NCBI GenBank assembly: GCA_051453625.1
Contig: JBOZIK010000001.1
Coordinates: 36,798,763 to 36,862,762 of the forward strand
From: Welwitschia mirabilis
Lineage: Eukaryota
Length of the DNA: 64,000 nucleotides
Direction: 5' to 3'
This document shows, one piece after another, positions 1-11,991 of the stretch. Both the position numbers and the translations under genes were made by a program. A model generated the notes under the pieces. That model made no database searches and was not told where the DNA came from. It saw nothing but the letters and a program-made list of their open reading frames with translations. How positions within the stretch are numbered: position 1 is the stretch's first letter; each line of letters begins with the position of its first letter.

Positions 1-80
1 GATTATAACCACTATATCCATCAAAAAATTAATAATATGCATGGCCTTAGATACTATCAAGAATTTGGTCTAGAAATAAC
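1..80 (-). pseudogene. Reverse transcriptase fragment of element H (part after insertion A)
   Basis: The minus strand translates FLDQILDSI*GHAYY*FFDGYSGYN, the Athila-type LDGYSGYNQ region. It continues in frame from ...KNYYFPLP at 11992. Confidence 0.9.
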
Positions 81-990
81 TATTGGTCATTTAAATTGCA
101 CTTAAAAGTAGTCAACTTTGGAAATAATATAATTGAAATTAGGCTTAGTATAGGATGATTCAAACAATGAATGTTGTAATCTAGAGAGCATAGGATAACA
201 TACTAATCAAGAAAATAATTTAAGAAAGAACAATTATTTGAATTCCAATACAATTTCTTTAAGGTATTTTGTATTTTTTTATGCCAAAGAAAAAATAACA
301 ATGCAACTATTCTAATAATGAAATGCAAAATGAATGAGAAATGAAGAATGCAAGACTATGATAACCAATTTCTGAGTTGTTGTCATCCAAACATAGCCCT
401 TATAACCTATATTAAATTAAAATTAATCTGATAAAAGCATTAATTAACATAACACAAGCCATAAGAGAAATAAGATAATTTATAGAAAGAAGAAATTTTA
501 TTTAATAAATTTAATGTCTTACAAATACCTCAGTAGGGCAACAACTCCTTAATGATAGAAACATAGCCTTATCACTAGGAATGATCTCTCCTAATGCTAA
601 AAGGAAACTTTGACTCCTTAGATGCCTTTGTCCCTAATTCTCAAATGATAAAAATATGCCTAAATAAGGGAAAATGGAGGTTTATATAGTTTTCCTAAGG
701 TGGTTACAAGTCTAAGAGATCGATACAGGCAAAGAGGCATCATTAGATATAAAGTAGATCTTAATTAACTCAGTTAGGAAGAAGTTATGATATTGTTCTA
801 TTACTATTATCGTTGGAATGCATATGGCATGATACACCTTCATCATCCAATCATAGGCCACCACATTAGGAGATCGTTACCATTTGAATTTGAACTATAA
901 TGAATATGTCATCCTCTATGTCATGTGAATGACATAGGGCATGATAGCCACATCAGATCACCAAGTCAATATTATCTCAACATTGCCTAG
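81..990 (-). repeat. 3' LTR of element A, truncated (PPT and ~280 bp of U3 missing)
   Basis: Aligns by eye to 10801-11712; a 60-bp sample showed 8 substitutions and 1 indel. Similarity stops at CCTAG (~990). A TATA-like CTATATAAACC lies on the minus strand near 680-689. Confidence 0.9.
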
Positions 991-1249
991 TGGTTTATTA
1001 GTTCCATGATAAATAAAGTGAAAAATGACTTTACAATGCCAATTTAATAGTGAAAGAAGGCCTCAAAATCCAATCAAAAATCATTTTTCATGTCTAGACA
1101 AACTAGTAATTATGATAAATAAGTCATCATAAAAATAAGTATCACATAAATATCAACTAATAGTTCAAGAATAATGTACATGAGTATAATAGCAAGAAAG
1201 AGTCATAATTTTAATATATCTCAAATGATAGGACTATATTAATAATAAT

Positions 1250-2477
1250 GGGTCCCTATGTGAAAAGGATCGAAACTCAACCTATATATCAGTATTTCTC
1301 TTATCACCTATCTCCATAGGTGTTTAATGATAAGCTTATCAATATCTAGAAAGTAGTAAGAGATGTGCTCTTATAAGATGGATGTAGTCACATCATGATG
1401 GATACAAACTACATCAAGGAGGCCCATCAAAGTATCTTGCTAAACATCTATCACCCTCTTCAAGTTAGCTCTACCTTTCTCCTCTATAACGTGAACATAT
1501 GCCTCCAACTAATGAAGTCATGTGGTAGTATGGGCATGAAAATCCTTGATCTAAGAAGATAATATGACATGATAATCCTCTATCTATGAAGTTAATTTCT
1601 ACTCCATAACTTCCAATAATGCTATCAATTGATCAAGTATGATGCCTCCAGTTACTTGAGACTATCTATGAGGAGGTAAATGTGACTGAGTTGTAGGGGC
1701 CTCACTATAAGCCAGTTGAGTCATACATGAGATCTCTATCCCCGATCTCTTGAAGTATGTATCATAAGCTAAAATATGGACTAAATGCAAAGTATCTAAT
1801 AGGCATCTTAAATCATCTAAATAGATCACTTAATAAGCAAAGATAAGTGATGGTGAAAAATCCATGTTGGTGCTCATCCATCTAAGTCGGTGTCAAATGA
1901 AGATGGCTAAGGCCATCCTCTGTCTATGATGAAGAAGAAATAAGATCTGGAGGTAAGCTATTATGGCATGCAAATCATGATGAATTAAAGCTATGTTGTA
2001 GATGATGGCTTGGTGAAGGATACGGTAGTAGGAAGACAAATATGTCACAGATACCCCTCGTTGATTATCACCTGCATGATATGATAACTCTAGCTAAAGA
2101 AAATAGGCCCATCTCTCTAATTTACCTCACCAAGATCGACCCTCTTCCCATCTCTAGTAAACCATGCAACTACTATAATAAGCTATGGCTCAATGTATAT
2201 ATGATGTCCTCCCACTATAACCTTGATTTGGTCATACTATGAACCATTCTTCCTAGTGATCATGATGACCTCAAAGGTCTAGTAAAACAGAATGATTTCC
2301 ATCTCATAATAAGAGTCATGAGCATGTAATAACTAGCCTTGAATATCCAATTCCTCTAGTGCATGATCTAGGTCAGTTTTAAGTCTCTATATATAATCTT
2401 AGAAGTGCATCTTTCTCTGGTACATAACATAAGCAAGGCTATGCCTCCATTCTTGTATAACATCCTCTCGTTCTCAT
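1250..2477 (-). pseudogene. Decayed Athila env-like / plant-transposon accessory ORF of element A (~400 codons; 3' end approximate)
   Basis: Manual minus-strand translation from ATG 2477 gives LEELDIQG*LLHAHDSYYEMEIILFY*TFEV...IKVIVGGHHIYIEP, LSSYYRILHQAIIYNIALI, RMALAIFI*HRL and ITYLCLLSDLFR*FKMP, then a coiled-coil-like tail. Position (between INT and 3' LTR, sense) and motifs fit Athila extra ORFs. Many TAG/TAA stops. Confidence 0.72.
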
Positions 2478-4769
2478 TTTTCTATTACCCAGGCAGTGGT
2501 AGAGCATGTATGGGTTTGAGTGGAGAATGCACCTATGTTACTACATGAAGGAAACCACAACATAGATATGTGCCATTTAAGAAAAAAAGGTAAAAATATT
2601 TATAACTTCATNNNNNNNNNNNNNNNNNNNNNNNNNNNNNNNNNNNNNNNTAGCTATCAAAACAAGGATCATTTTGACATCTAATATGATGAAAAGTACC
2701 ATGAATTGGGTTTGTAATGAGCAAAAAATGAAATTTTAGGAGAAAATACTCATAACTCTCAATTTAGTGAATGAAATTTGATTCCATAAGTTTCTAAGCA
2801 TAGATCTGCCAAAAAATAAATAGGTGTGGAGAGAAATCATGAGATGTATCCTAGAATAAAAGAAGTGAGCAAAATTGATAATTTTAAACATAAGAAAGAT
2901 GGAAGAATTATCTCACTATGATAAAATATGATTAGATTACATTAAATTAGTATCTCTAAAGGTCAAACATAAGTGGGACACTTGAGAGAAACTAGAGGAA
3001 GCAAGTCACATGAAGATTGATTTGAAAATGAGGGAAAAAAAGGGGTTATAAAGAAAATCTATCATGGCATTGTCATTTATGTTATAAGAATGATGTAAGC
3101 CATGACATATGTGTCATTCTTATGATCTTGCTAATGACATAATGCACAACCACATAAAAATCCCAAGGGAATTTATGGTCATCATCCTTTGTGTCATTGG
3201 GATGACATGTAAAACAACACATTTTTCTAAGTTAGATCTAGCTTATATTTCAAAAGTAGATCCTATCCTTATTATGCATTATGATATTAACTCAATTATT
3301 ATGGAGGCTAAGGTTATGCTTAAGAATTTTGGAAATGCTAATGTGGGAGAGGTAAGCCTCAAAAATATTAATTAAATTAGGCTCAAACTTGATAGAAAAT
3401 TATGGATTCATGTTAAATGCTATGTAAAGGATCTAATTAGCTAAGAATTCAAATTGAAAGGGACTAATAGGAAAGTCCATGGAAATTTGATGTTTTAGGT
3501 GATTTCTTAGTGCTTAGCTCATACAACTTCAAGTGCTTTCATGTTTCTTGATTGAGGAAAGGGCAAGGATCATGGTTCATGTGGTAAATTTGCAAGAACA
3601 TAAAGGTAGCTATCATTCCCCCTGTTATGGGAAGGACAGTTGGCACAATAGCTTTCTTGAAGGCACATGTAGAATTAAGTTTAGATTTTGTAGCAAGACA
3701 GGCTCAGGGATATTAGAAAGGCTTTAGCAAAATTAGGTAAAGTAGAAAAATTGAGGTGAAAATCGCTAGGAAGATGCTTAAAACATAAGAACTAGGAAGT
3801 AAAAATTATCTATGGAAAAATTTGAAGATGTAATGTACAATTTGAGCCTTAGGATATGTTTCAAAATATTTTTCAAGACTAGCAATTAAACGATAAAATG
3901 CATAAAGTTTATGATGGATAACTATATTTAACTAAAGAATTAAACCCAATAAGAATTTTAAGAAAAATGTGATTGGGTTTTGAAAATTTGACTTAACTAT
4001 TGAAGTATGAAAGAAATGGATGTGGATAACATGAAGAAGTTTGGTTCCTTTTATCTAGATGCCAACCTAATAAGACCTACACATGATAACTACTAGACTA
4101 GTTAATATAAAAGATATGCATGACATAATTCTTAAGGATAAAAGATTCAAAAGTAAGTGATTATGAAGAGACAATCATCAAGTACCCATGAATATTTTTA
4201 GTGCTTTTTATTTTCTTTCTTGTTTCTTTCTTTGTTTTACTTCCCCTTTCTTTTTTTTCTTCTTGTTAGGATTTTATTTAGAGAGAGTGATTTAGTATTG
4301 AAATATACAATTTTTCATGGTTAGGGAGGTGCAACCACTAACACAGGAGAAAGAATCCTTATTGTAACCAAATATTCCCTAAGTGAAGTCTCCACAACTA
4401 CCATATCATACTACCAAAAGATAATGGAATCGAAAGCCAACTGTCCCTCTAGTGTGCTTATAGTAGGACACCATGGAAATAAACAAAATTTTAGTTTTAT
4501 TTTAAGGTAATTGCACTTCTCCAATGAGGCACTTGATGTAAATACCTTAAGTTTAGATAAAATTCAAACTTATCACTTTTTAAACATCATAAATCATAGT
4601 GATAAAACATTGGTCATGCTAAGGATGATCAAGTAGTCTAAAGAATTCAAGAAAGATCAAGTTAAGGAGTCATCTAGACAATGACAAAGGGAAGGGACTC
4701 CTCTTTTTCAAGAAGAGGATCACCTAACTCAACTACTTCTATCATGTTTACTGAGTAAGAGCAATCATC

Positions 4770-7700
4770 AATTGACTGATCATGCTTTAAATGTTATTCA
4801 TTTACCTTCATTATTTATCTAGTTATTAAGTTAGAAATATCAACAAAACCATTGGAATGCATTTTATTAATTAGATATGGTCCTAACCATTTAAAAGTTA
4901 GTTTATTATGGATTAAATAAACTCTAGCATTGAAAAGTCAAACATACTAGCTAGGGTGAAAGATTTTATGCATGAGGTTTTTACCATGTACAAATTTGGC
5001 TTGGATTTTGATTATAAGTTTGTGGTGGAGTGCCTAGATTCTCTTTTCTTCAAGATGATTCAATTAGGTTAAGTGCACTTTAAGGTTGTCATCATGAGAA
5101 ACAAGGTTAAGTTGATGGATTGTCTTATAAGAATTATACCATACATCAACTGGAAGCATACATGTTTTTCCATAAATAAGTTCATAAGGAGAGAAATTTA
5201 AATAATTATGCCAAGTCATATGATAAGCCCAAAGGACATCATTAAGATAGAGTGTCTATGATTTTTGAGACTTGTGAGAAAGTTTTAAGAGTACTTTCTT
5301 AATCTCTTAATTAGCATTTTTAGTCTATCCATTTGATTGGGATTGTAATAGTTAGCTATTCTATGTTTAGTCCCAACTGAGAGTAAGAGTTTCCTAAGGA
5401 TATTATTAATAAAGTGAGTATCTTAATTAGAAATGAGAATCATAGAAAATCCAAATATTTAAAAGATATTTGATCTAAGAAATTGACAAATAATTTTTGC
5501 ATTATAAGTCTATGTAGTTATGGCTTTAATTCATTTTGTTACATAATTTACTGCCACTAAGATATAATGCTTTTCACATGAAGGGGGCTTGAGAGGACCT
5601 ACAAAATCTATACCCCAATAATCAAAAGGTTCACATTCCAAGACAGGTGTAAGAAACATGTTATGAGTTCAAGTAAGACCTTTAAATCATTAGCAAGAGT
5701 CACACTTCCTAGCAAAGTCAAAGGCATCTTTGAATATAGAGGGCTAATATAATCCTGAATGTAAGATTTTCATAGCAGTCTTTTGGCCACTAAAATAACC
5801 TCCACAAGCTCTACCATAACAAAGAAGAATAATATCATTTTTCTCCCATGTGGAAATACATTTACACATAATTTAATCTTTGCATCAACTATATAGATTG
5901 GTTCAATTCATTCGTAGTCACCTATTCTATAGAGGAAGAAATTTTATTGATTTGTATTCTAATGTGAAGGTGTTTCAAGTATGACAAGATAATTCATGAT
6001 ATCAGCATACAAAGGAGAGGGTTTTTTTGAAGACACTTCATAAAATTGTTCAACCATGAAAAGTTGTTCATGTAGGAAATCATCATAAATAGGTTAACTA
6101 GAAGAATTAGGAGAAGTATCTAAAGGAATTCTAGAAATACGCTTAGCTACTAGATTTTATTTTCTTGCTTTTTCTACTATTATTAAGTTTAATTCTTGTA
6201 ATAAAAGTACCCATCATATAAGTCATGCACTGAAATCTTTTTTTATCATTAAATATCTAATGATGGCATGATCTATATAAATGTAAGTTTGTAAATCAAG
6301 GAGTGATGTCGAAGTCTATCTAAATAAAAAATAATTACTAGCATCTTTTTTTTAGTAGTTTTGTAATTAAATTAAGCATCATAAAGGGTTTTACTAATGT
6401 ATTTTGTTACTTTCATCCATTTCTCATGTTTTTATTCTAACATGCCACCTACAACAAGATTACTAGTGTTGCATCTTAGCTTGAAGTCCTTATTCCAATC
6501 TAGTCCACTCACTATGGGTTCACTAGTAATGGTGTTCTTAAGATTCTCAAAGGCTTATTGGTATTTATTATTTCTCTCATACTTAGCATCTTTCTTCAAG
6601 AGTTGATAAGGTAACTCACAAATTTTTGTATATTCTTCTATGAATCTACAATAAAATCCACAATATCCCAAGAATTATCAAAGTTATTTTAAATTAGTAA
6701 GAGGGGAAAGATTTTTAATGACATTAATTTTTGATGGATCCATTGGTATACATTTCATTGAAATATGATGTCCTAAGACTATCCCTTCATTGACTATAAA
6801 ATGACTCTTTTCCCAACTAAGGTGAAGTCCACTCTTGATACATCTTTCAAAGACTTGTGCTAGATGATTTAAAGTTTGGTTAAACGAATCTCCAAAGACT
6901 AAAAAATTATCCATGAAAATTTTGATAGAGTTATCTATAAGGTCACTAAAAATTCCCATCACAGCACTTTGAAAGGTACCTAGAGCATTGTATAAACTGA
7001 AAGGCATTTTCATAAAAGCATAAGTACCAAAAAGGAAAGTGAAAGTAGTCTTTAATTAGAATTTGTTTGCAATACATACTTGGTTGTTTCCACTATAACC
7101 ATAAAGGAAATAATAAAATGCATGCCCTTGTATTCTATCCAACACTTGATTAAGAAAAGGGAGAGGGTAGTGATTTTGTTTTTGGTTACTTCCTTATGTC
7201 TTTAGAAATATATGCATACTATCCACTTTCCACCCTTCTTAGGTATAACTATTAATAGGCTAACCCACTCACTATCATTTATAGGGTAAATGATGTTAGC
7301 ATCTATAATTTTTATGATCTCATCTTTAATCACTTGTTTTAGTGCTGGATTTAGATGTCTTTCGGGTTGCCTTATGAGTTTTGCATTATCCTTTAGATAT
7401 ATCTTATGTTGAATAATATGTGGTGTAATAGGATATAATTCCTTGTGATTCCATGTAAAAGCTTAAGATTTGAATGTGAGGAGTGATACTAAGGATTTCT
7501 TAGCTTTGGAGTAAAGATGATTACTAATGATTAATGACTTTTTAGGATTATTATTGATAAAGATGTATTTCAATCCCTTTTTACGCTCCTTCAAATTCAT
7601 TTTAAAGTTGACTCTTTCATGTCTATGAGGGGTTGCATAACTATTCTCACTAAAGGTTTTTTCCATGGCTTTTGCTTCTTTTATGTCTTAGGTTGTGATG

Positions 7701-10000
7701 TTGTTGAATATTTCTTCCATTAAGGGTTCCATAATATTATCAAGTATACAAGAGTCAATGCAATTAAGACTACTTAAGATTGTTGAGAATTGCTTCATAT
7801 CATCAAAAAGAATTGGTTGTTCATGAGTGAGGACCTTTAATTTGAGTGAATGATGAGCTATAAACATAGTTGAATTTGAATTTTTTTACTACCTATATGA
7901 AGTTCCATGGTTCCCTTTCTAGTGTCTATAATGCAATGAGTAGTAGCAAAAAAAACTCTATCTAAAAGTAAGGGATACTTGCCATTGTGATTAATTTTGA
8001 TAATTATAACATCTATGGGGTAATAGGCTTCCTCTATTTGGATAATCAAATCTTTGATGATTCCAACGGGTTTTTTCAATGTTGAATTAACCATTTCCAA
8101 AACAATCTTTATTGGTTTAATTTCCTTTTCTAATCTAATCTTTTTGCAAATATGTAAAGGCATGATGTTCACACTTGTAACTATGCCAATAAGAGCCTTC
8201 TTAACCATTTTGTTGTCTTCTAATATCACACTAATGATTGTTACCCCTAGATTTTTGAATTTTGCACATTTTTGCATTACCTGGTTGGCTTAGATTGAGC
8301 TAAAAATATTATACTTGGTAGTGTTCATTTTTGCTTCCTCCTACAAAGGTCCTTTTACACTTTGGCATACTTAGGGTTGTCTTGAAGTATGTACCAAAAG
8401 AGTAGTTTAACATTAACATCTTTTATGATGGTTTTAATATATTCATCATATGTTGGATTAGAATTGAGTTTATTTAACTAAGGGTAAAATGTTTTCTTCC
8501 TTTCTTTGATGATTCATCCTTATTTGTTAGAGTAAAAGTAGAAGGAAAGTGTGTCTCATTAAGGATTTCTACATATTCATCTTTATATTCTTTAATATCA
8601 TCATTTTAAGGTGGCTCTTTAGGTGTAGTATTAGTGCCTTTTTAGGTGACCACCTTTCAATATTTCTTAATATTATTTGAGTTAGGTAAGGTGTTAGAAG
8701 ATAATATGCCTTGAGGTCTTTGGTTTGTTAGTATGCTTTGTTACATGACTCCAATTAAATCTTATATGCTTTCCTGAGTTTGCTTAATACTCTTATGAGT
8801 CTATTCGTGGATGTTTCTTATCTCTATTATTTCTTCCTTAATTGGGTCCTCCTTAGGTTAATTTTATTATTCATATCTTGGATTATATGATTGTTTGATT
8901 AAGGATTTATACTTAGGTTTGATGGAAGGATCTAATTAATGATATGGTATTTTTTCATTATGCTAAAGTCCATTGTAGTACTTAGGGTCTACTTGGTTTT
9001 CATAGTATACTTCTTTCCTTACTACTTCTTTTACTATTGGTAAATGTAGTTACTAAGTGGTTTTCTTTACATAATTTACAAGTAGAAGTAGAAATGGTGT
9101 GGGATTTGACTAATTTTATTTCTTTGATTACTTTCACCATTTTTCTTACAAGTGAACTGTCACTGTCACTACTATCTTCATTCTTATAAATGATTTATTT
9201 TGTTTACCCTCTTGATATTTTATGTGATTTATTTCTCTCAATGATTTCTCAAAGTTTTTATTTTTTCTTAGTTTAGGCCATGCTTTACTAAGTTCAACTA
9301 AGTCTTATAAATGTTTTCATGCTTCATCAGTTATGTGTTGAAATAAAATCCTCCATAAGAAAGATCCACCATTTGTTTAATTGCACTAGTTAGGCCATTA
9401 TAGAAATGGTAGATTAATTCTTTTTTCTTGAATTTATTTATGATGTTGGATAAAACTAGAATTAGAAATCACTTCCATGATGAAGCATAATCCTCATTGT
9501 CTTTCTGTTGAAAATTTATTGCCTCATAATGTCTTTGCCTCAGAGTGTCTTTACTAAGGAATCATTTGATAAAGCTTTTTTTGTTATCCTTCTAAGTTTT
9601 AAGACTTTTGTGGGGTAAGTTCTTAAGCTAATTTTTTGCTTTTTCACTTAATGTATAAGGGAATACTATCATGTAATTTCTATCTATTATGGGCTTCTTT
9701 TCATTACATGTGAGCATTAATTATTCTATGGCAGTGATGTGTTTATAAGGATCTTCATGAGTTTCTCCACAGAAAGAGGGATAGGCATTAAAGTTTTTGA
9801 TTTCTATGTTATTCCAAATAGGAAGATCGAAAGGATTATGAGTTTCTCTAAGTTTCGATCCATATTTATCTTTAATATTAGGTTGGACTACACCACTAGA
9901 AATTGTAGACATTGTGGAAGTTGTAGGATTCTGACTTGCATGTTTACTATTCAATAAATGAGAAGTTAAAACTTCTTTTCAAAAGAATTTAAATTAGACC
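4770..10000 (-). pseudogene. gag-pol of element A (gag ~9300-9950, protease ~7860-8280, RT ~6600-7400, RNase H ~6170-6600, integrase ~4770-5950)
   Basis: ORF fragments: YPSFCGETHEDPYKHI (gag); KKALIGIVTSVNIMP and YPLLLDRVFFAT (protease); MPFSLYNALGTFQ, IFMDNFLVFG and EGIVLGHHIS (RT); KWLGPYLI (integrase C-terminus). Riddled with stops and frameshifts. Confidence 0.93.
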
Positions 10001-10780
10001 TAAAAGGACTTGTATAATAAGAGGTGGTTATTATTTCGAAAGAGTATTTGAAAATTCAAGAAGATGGTTCAGTAGATAATAAAATACTTTTAGAATGAAA
10101 AATAAAATCTTTTATCAAATTAAATTCATCAAATTTAGACTTAACAAAAAGTTTCTCACCTCGACTCCTTGAATTATGAATTTAAACACCTTCTTGAATT
10201 GCCTCTTTTAAAAATTACTTTTTACATTAATAATGTATCTTTTTCTCTTTAGAATCTGATGGCATTCCCTTGCTTAATCTTAAAAATCCAACCTTTTAAA
10301 TTAAAACCATTGTAGGTAATCTCCAAGATTACATTAAAGTGCAAGAAGTAGACTTAATGGGTAAGAGTAATGTTTCTTCTTGGAATATTCACTTAGAATC
10401 CAATAAAAAGATATCAAAATGCTTTTTGCTATGTGGTAATCCTTCTAGATCACATAAGGCGCAAGAGGGTAGACCTAGCAAGAAGGAAATTTTGAATGAA
10501 AAAGAGAATAGAAAAAAAAGAGACAATTTGTAATAAAAAGGGTACAAAATACAAACAATAAGTAAAAACAATGTATTACCCTTTAAAGATGAATAATCTT
10601 GCTTGGATAAGAGTAGCCCTTAAAGACAATCTTTCCTTTGATTAAAAGGTAAGTAGATCGCTTTAGGTAATATCCTCAAAGAAAGTAGATTGTACCAATA
10701 GGTATTAAATATAAACCTAAAGCAAATAGATGAAATGATATACACTTGATTGATTGCACTTGATAGCTTATTCTAATGCT

Positions 10781-10797
10781 TCCCAGCAATGAAACCA
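10781..10797 (-). promoter_or_regulatory. Primer-binding site of element A (decayed tRNA-Asp type)
   Basis: Minus strand reads TGGTTTCATTGCTGGGA, 3 nt from the LTR end; the Athila consensus is TGGCGCCGTTGCCGGGGA. Confidence 0.75.
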
Positions 10798-10800
10798 AGA

Positions 10801-11991
10801 TGTTGGTCATCTAAATTACACTTCAAAAGTAGTCAATTCTTGAAATAATGTAATTGCAATTAGGCTTAATATAGGATGATTCAACCAATGAATGTCAGAA
10901 TCTAGAGAGCATAAGACAACATACTAATCAAGCATATAATTTAAGAAATAATAATTATTTGAATTTCAATACAATCTCTTTAAGGTATTTTGTATTTTAT
11001 TCTGCAAAAAGGAAAAAGGACAATGCAAATATTCTAATAATAAATGCAAAATAAATGAGAAATAAAGAATAAAAGACTATGATAACTAATTTCTAAGTTA
11101 TTGTTACCCAAACACAATCCTTATGACCTATATTAAATCAGAATTAATCTATTAAAAGCATTAATCAAACATAACACAAGCTGTAAGAGAAATAAGATAA
11201 TTTAGAAAAATAAGACATTTTATTTAATAAATTCAATGTCTTACAAATACCTCAGTAGTGCAGTGACTTTTGAATGATAGAAACATAGCTTTATCACCAA
11301 TAATGATCTCTTCTAATTCTAAAATGATCTTTTAATGCCTTGGATACCTTTGTCACAAATCCTCAAATGCTAAAATATGTCTAAATAAGGCCAAATAGGG
11401 TTTATATAGTTTTCCAAAGGTGGTCATGCATCTAAAAGATTGATATAGATAAAGAGGCATCATTAGGTACAAACTAGATCTTAATTGACTTAGGTAGGAA
11501 GAAGTTATGATACTGTCATGTTATTATTATTATCCCAGTAACATATGGCATGACACCCATTTATCATCCAATCACAGGATATCACATTAGGATATCATTG
11601 GCATTTGAATTTAATCTATAACAAATATGTCATCCCCTATGCCATATGGATAATATAGAACATGGCAGCCATGTTAAATTTACCGAGTCAGCATTGCCTC
11701 AACATCACCTAGTTAGCAGCTCCATAGCTTTGTTACAGTCTCATCGTGGCCTATGTCGTGATGACAACAAGAGGGATGACATTTAACTATTTATGATTTT
11801 CTTTTAATCTTTACTCCAATTTTTTCATGGTTGAATTCATACTCTTATAAGTAAAAATATAGCAATTAAAATCATAATTGAGCTATTGTATTTCTTTGTG
11901 ATAAACTTCCTAAAATGACTGAATTGATCTTCTGTTCCCTATAAAAAATCATCAGTTCACTATTAAAATATGACAAATTGGTATAGAAACA
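10801..11991 (-). repeat. 5' LTR of element A (1191 bp)
   Basis: TG...CA termini, adjacent PBS, direct repeat of 81-990, and a minus-strand TATA-like motif near 11400-11409. Confidence 0.9.

Larger units (their letters stand above)
81..11991 (-). mobile_element. Element A: near full-length degenerate Athila-type Ty3/gypsy LTR retrotransposon with env-like ORF
   Basis: Direct repeats start at 81 (TATTGGTCAT) and 10801 (TGTTGGTCAT), and the right end is ...GAAACA at 11991. Flanks ATAAC (76-80) and ATGGC (11992-11996) form a TSD differing by two G>A. PBS at 10781-10797; gag-PR-RT-RH-INT on the minus strand. Confidence 0.92.

Noticed and set aside
2042..3727. Short plus-strand ORFs from the track (2042, 3109, 3533) and similar 60-90-aa ORFs elsewhere
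   Set aside because: They are antisense or non-coding TE sequence with no recognisable motifs, at lengths expected by chance.
4320..4476. 5S rRNA, snRNA, RNase MRP or hammerhead/twister identity for the conserved block
   Set aside because: There is only a superficial GTTGCACC tail resemblance; no internal 5S boxes or CTGATGA/GAAA core were seen. Kept as an unassigned structured candidate.
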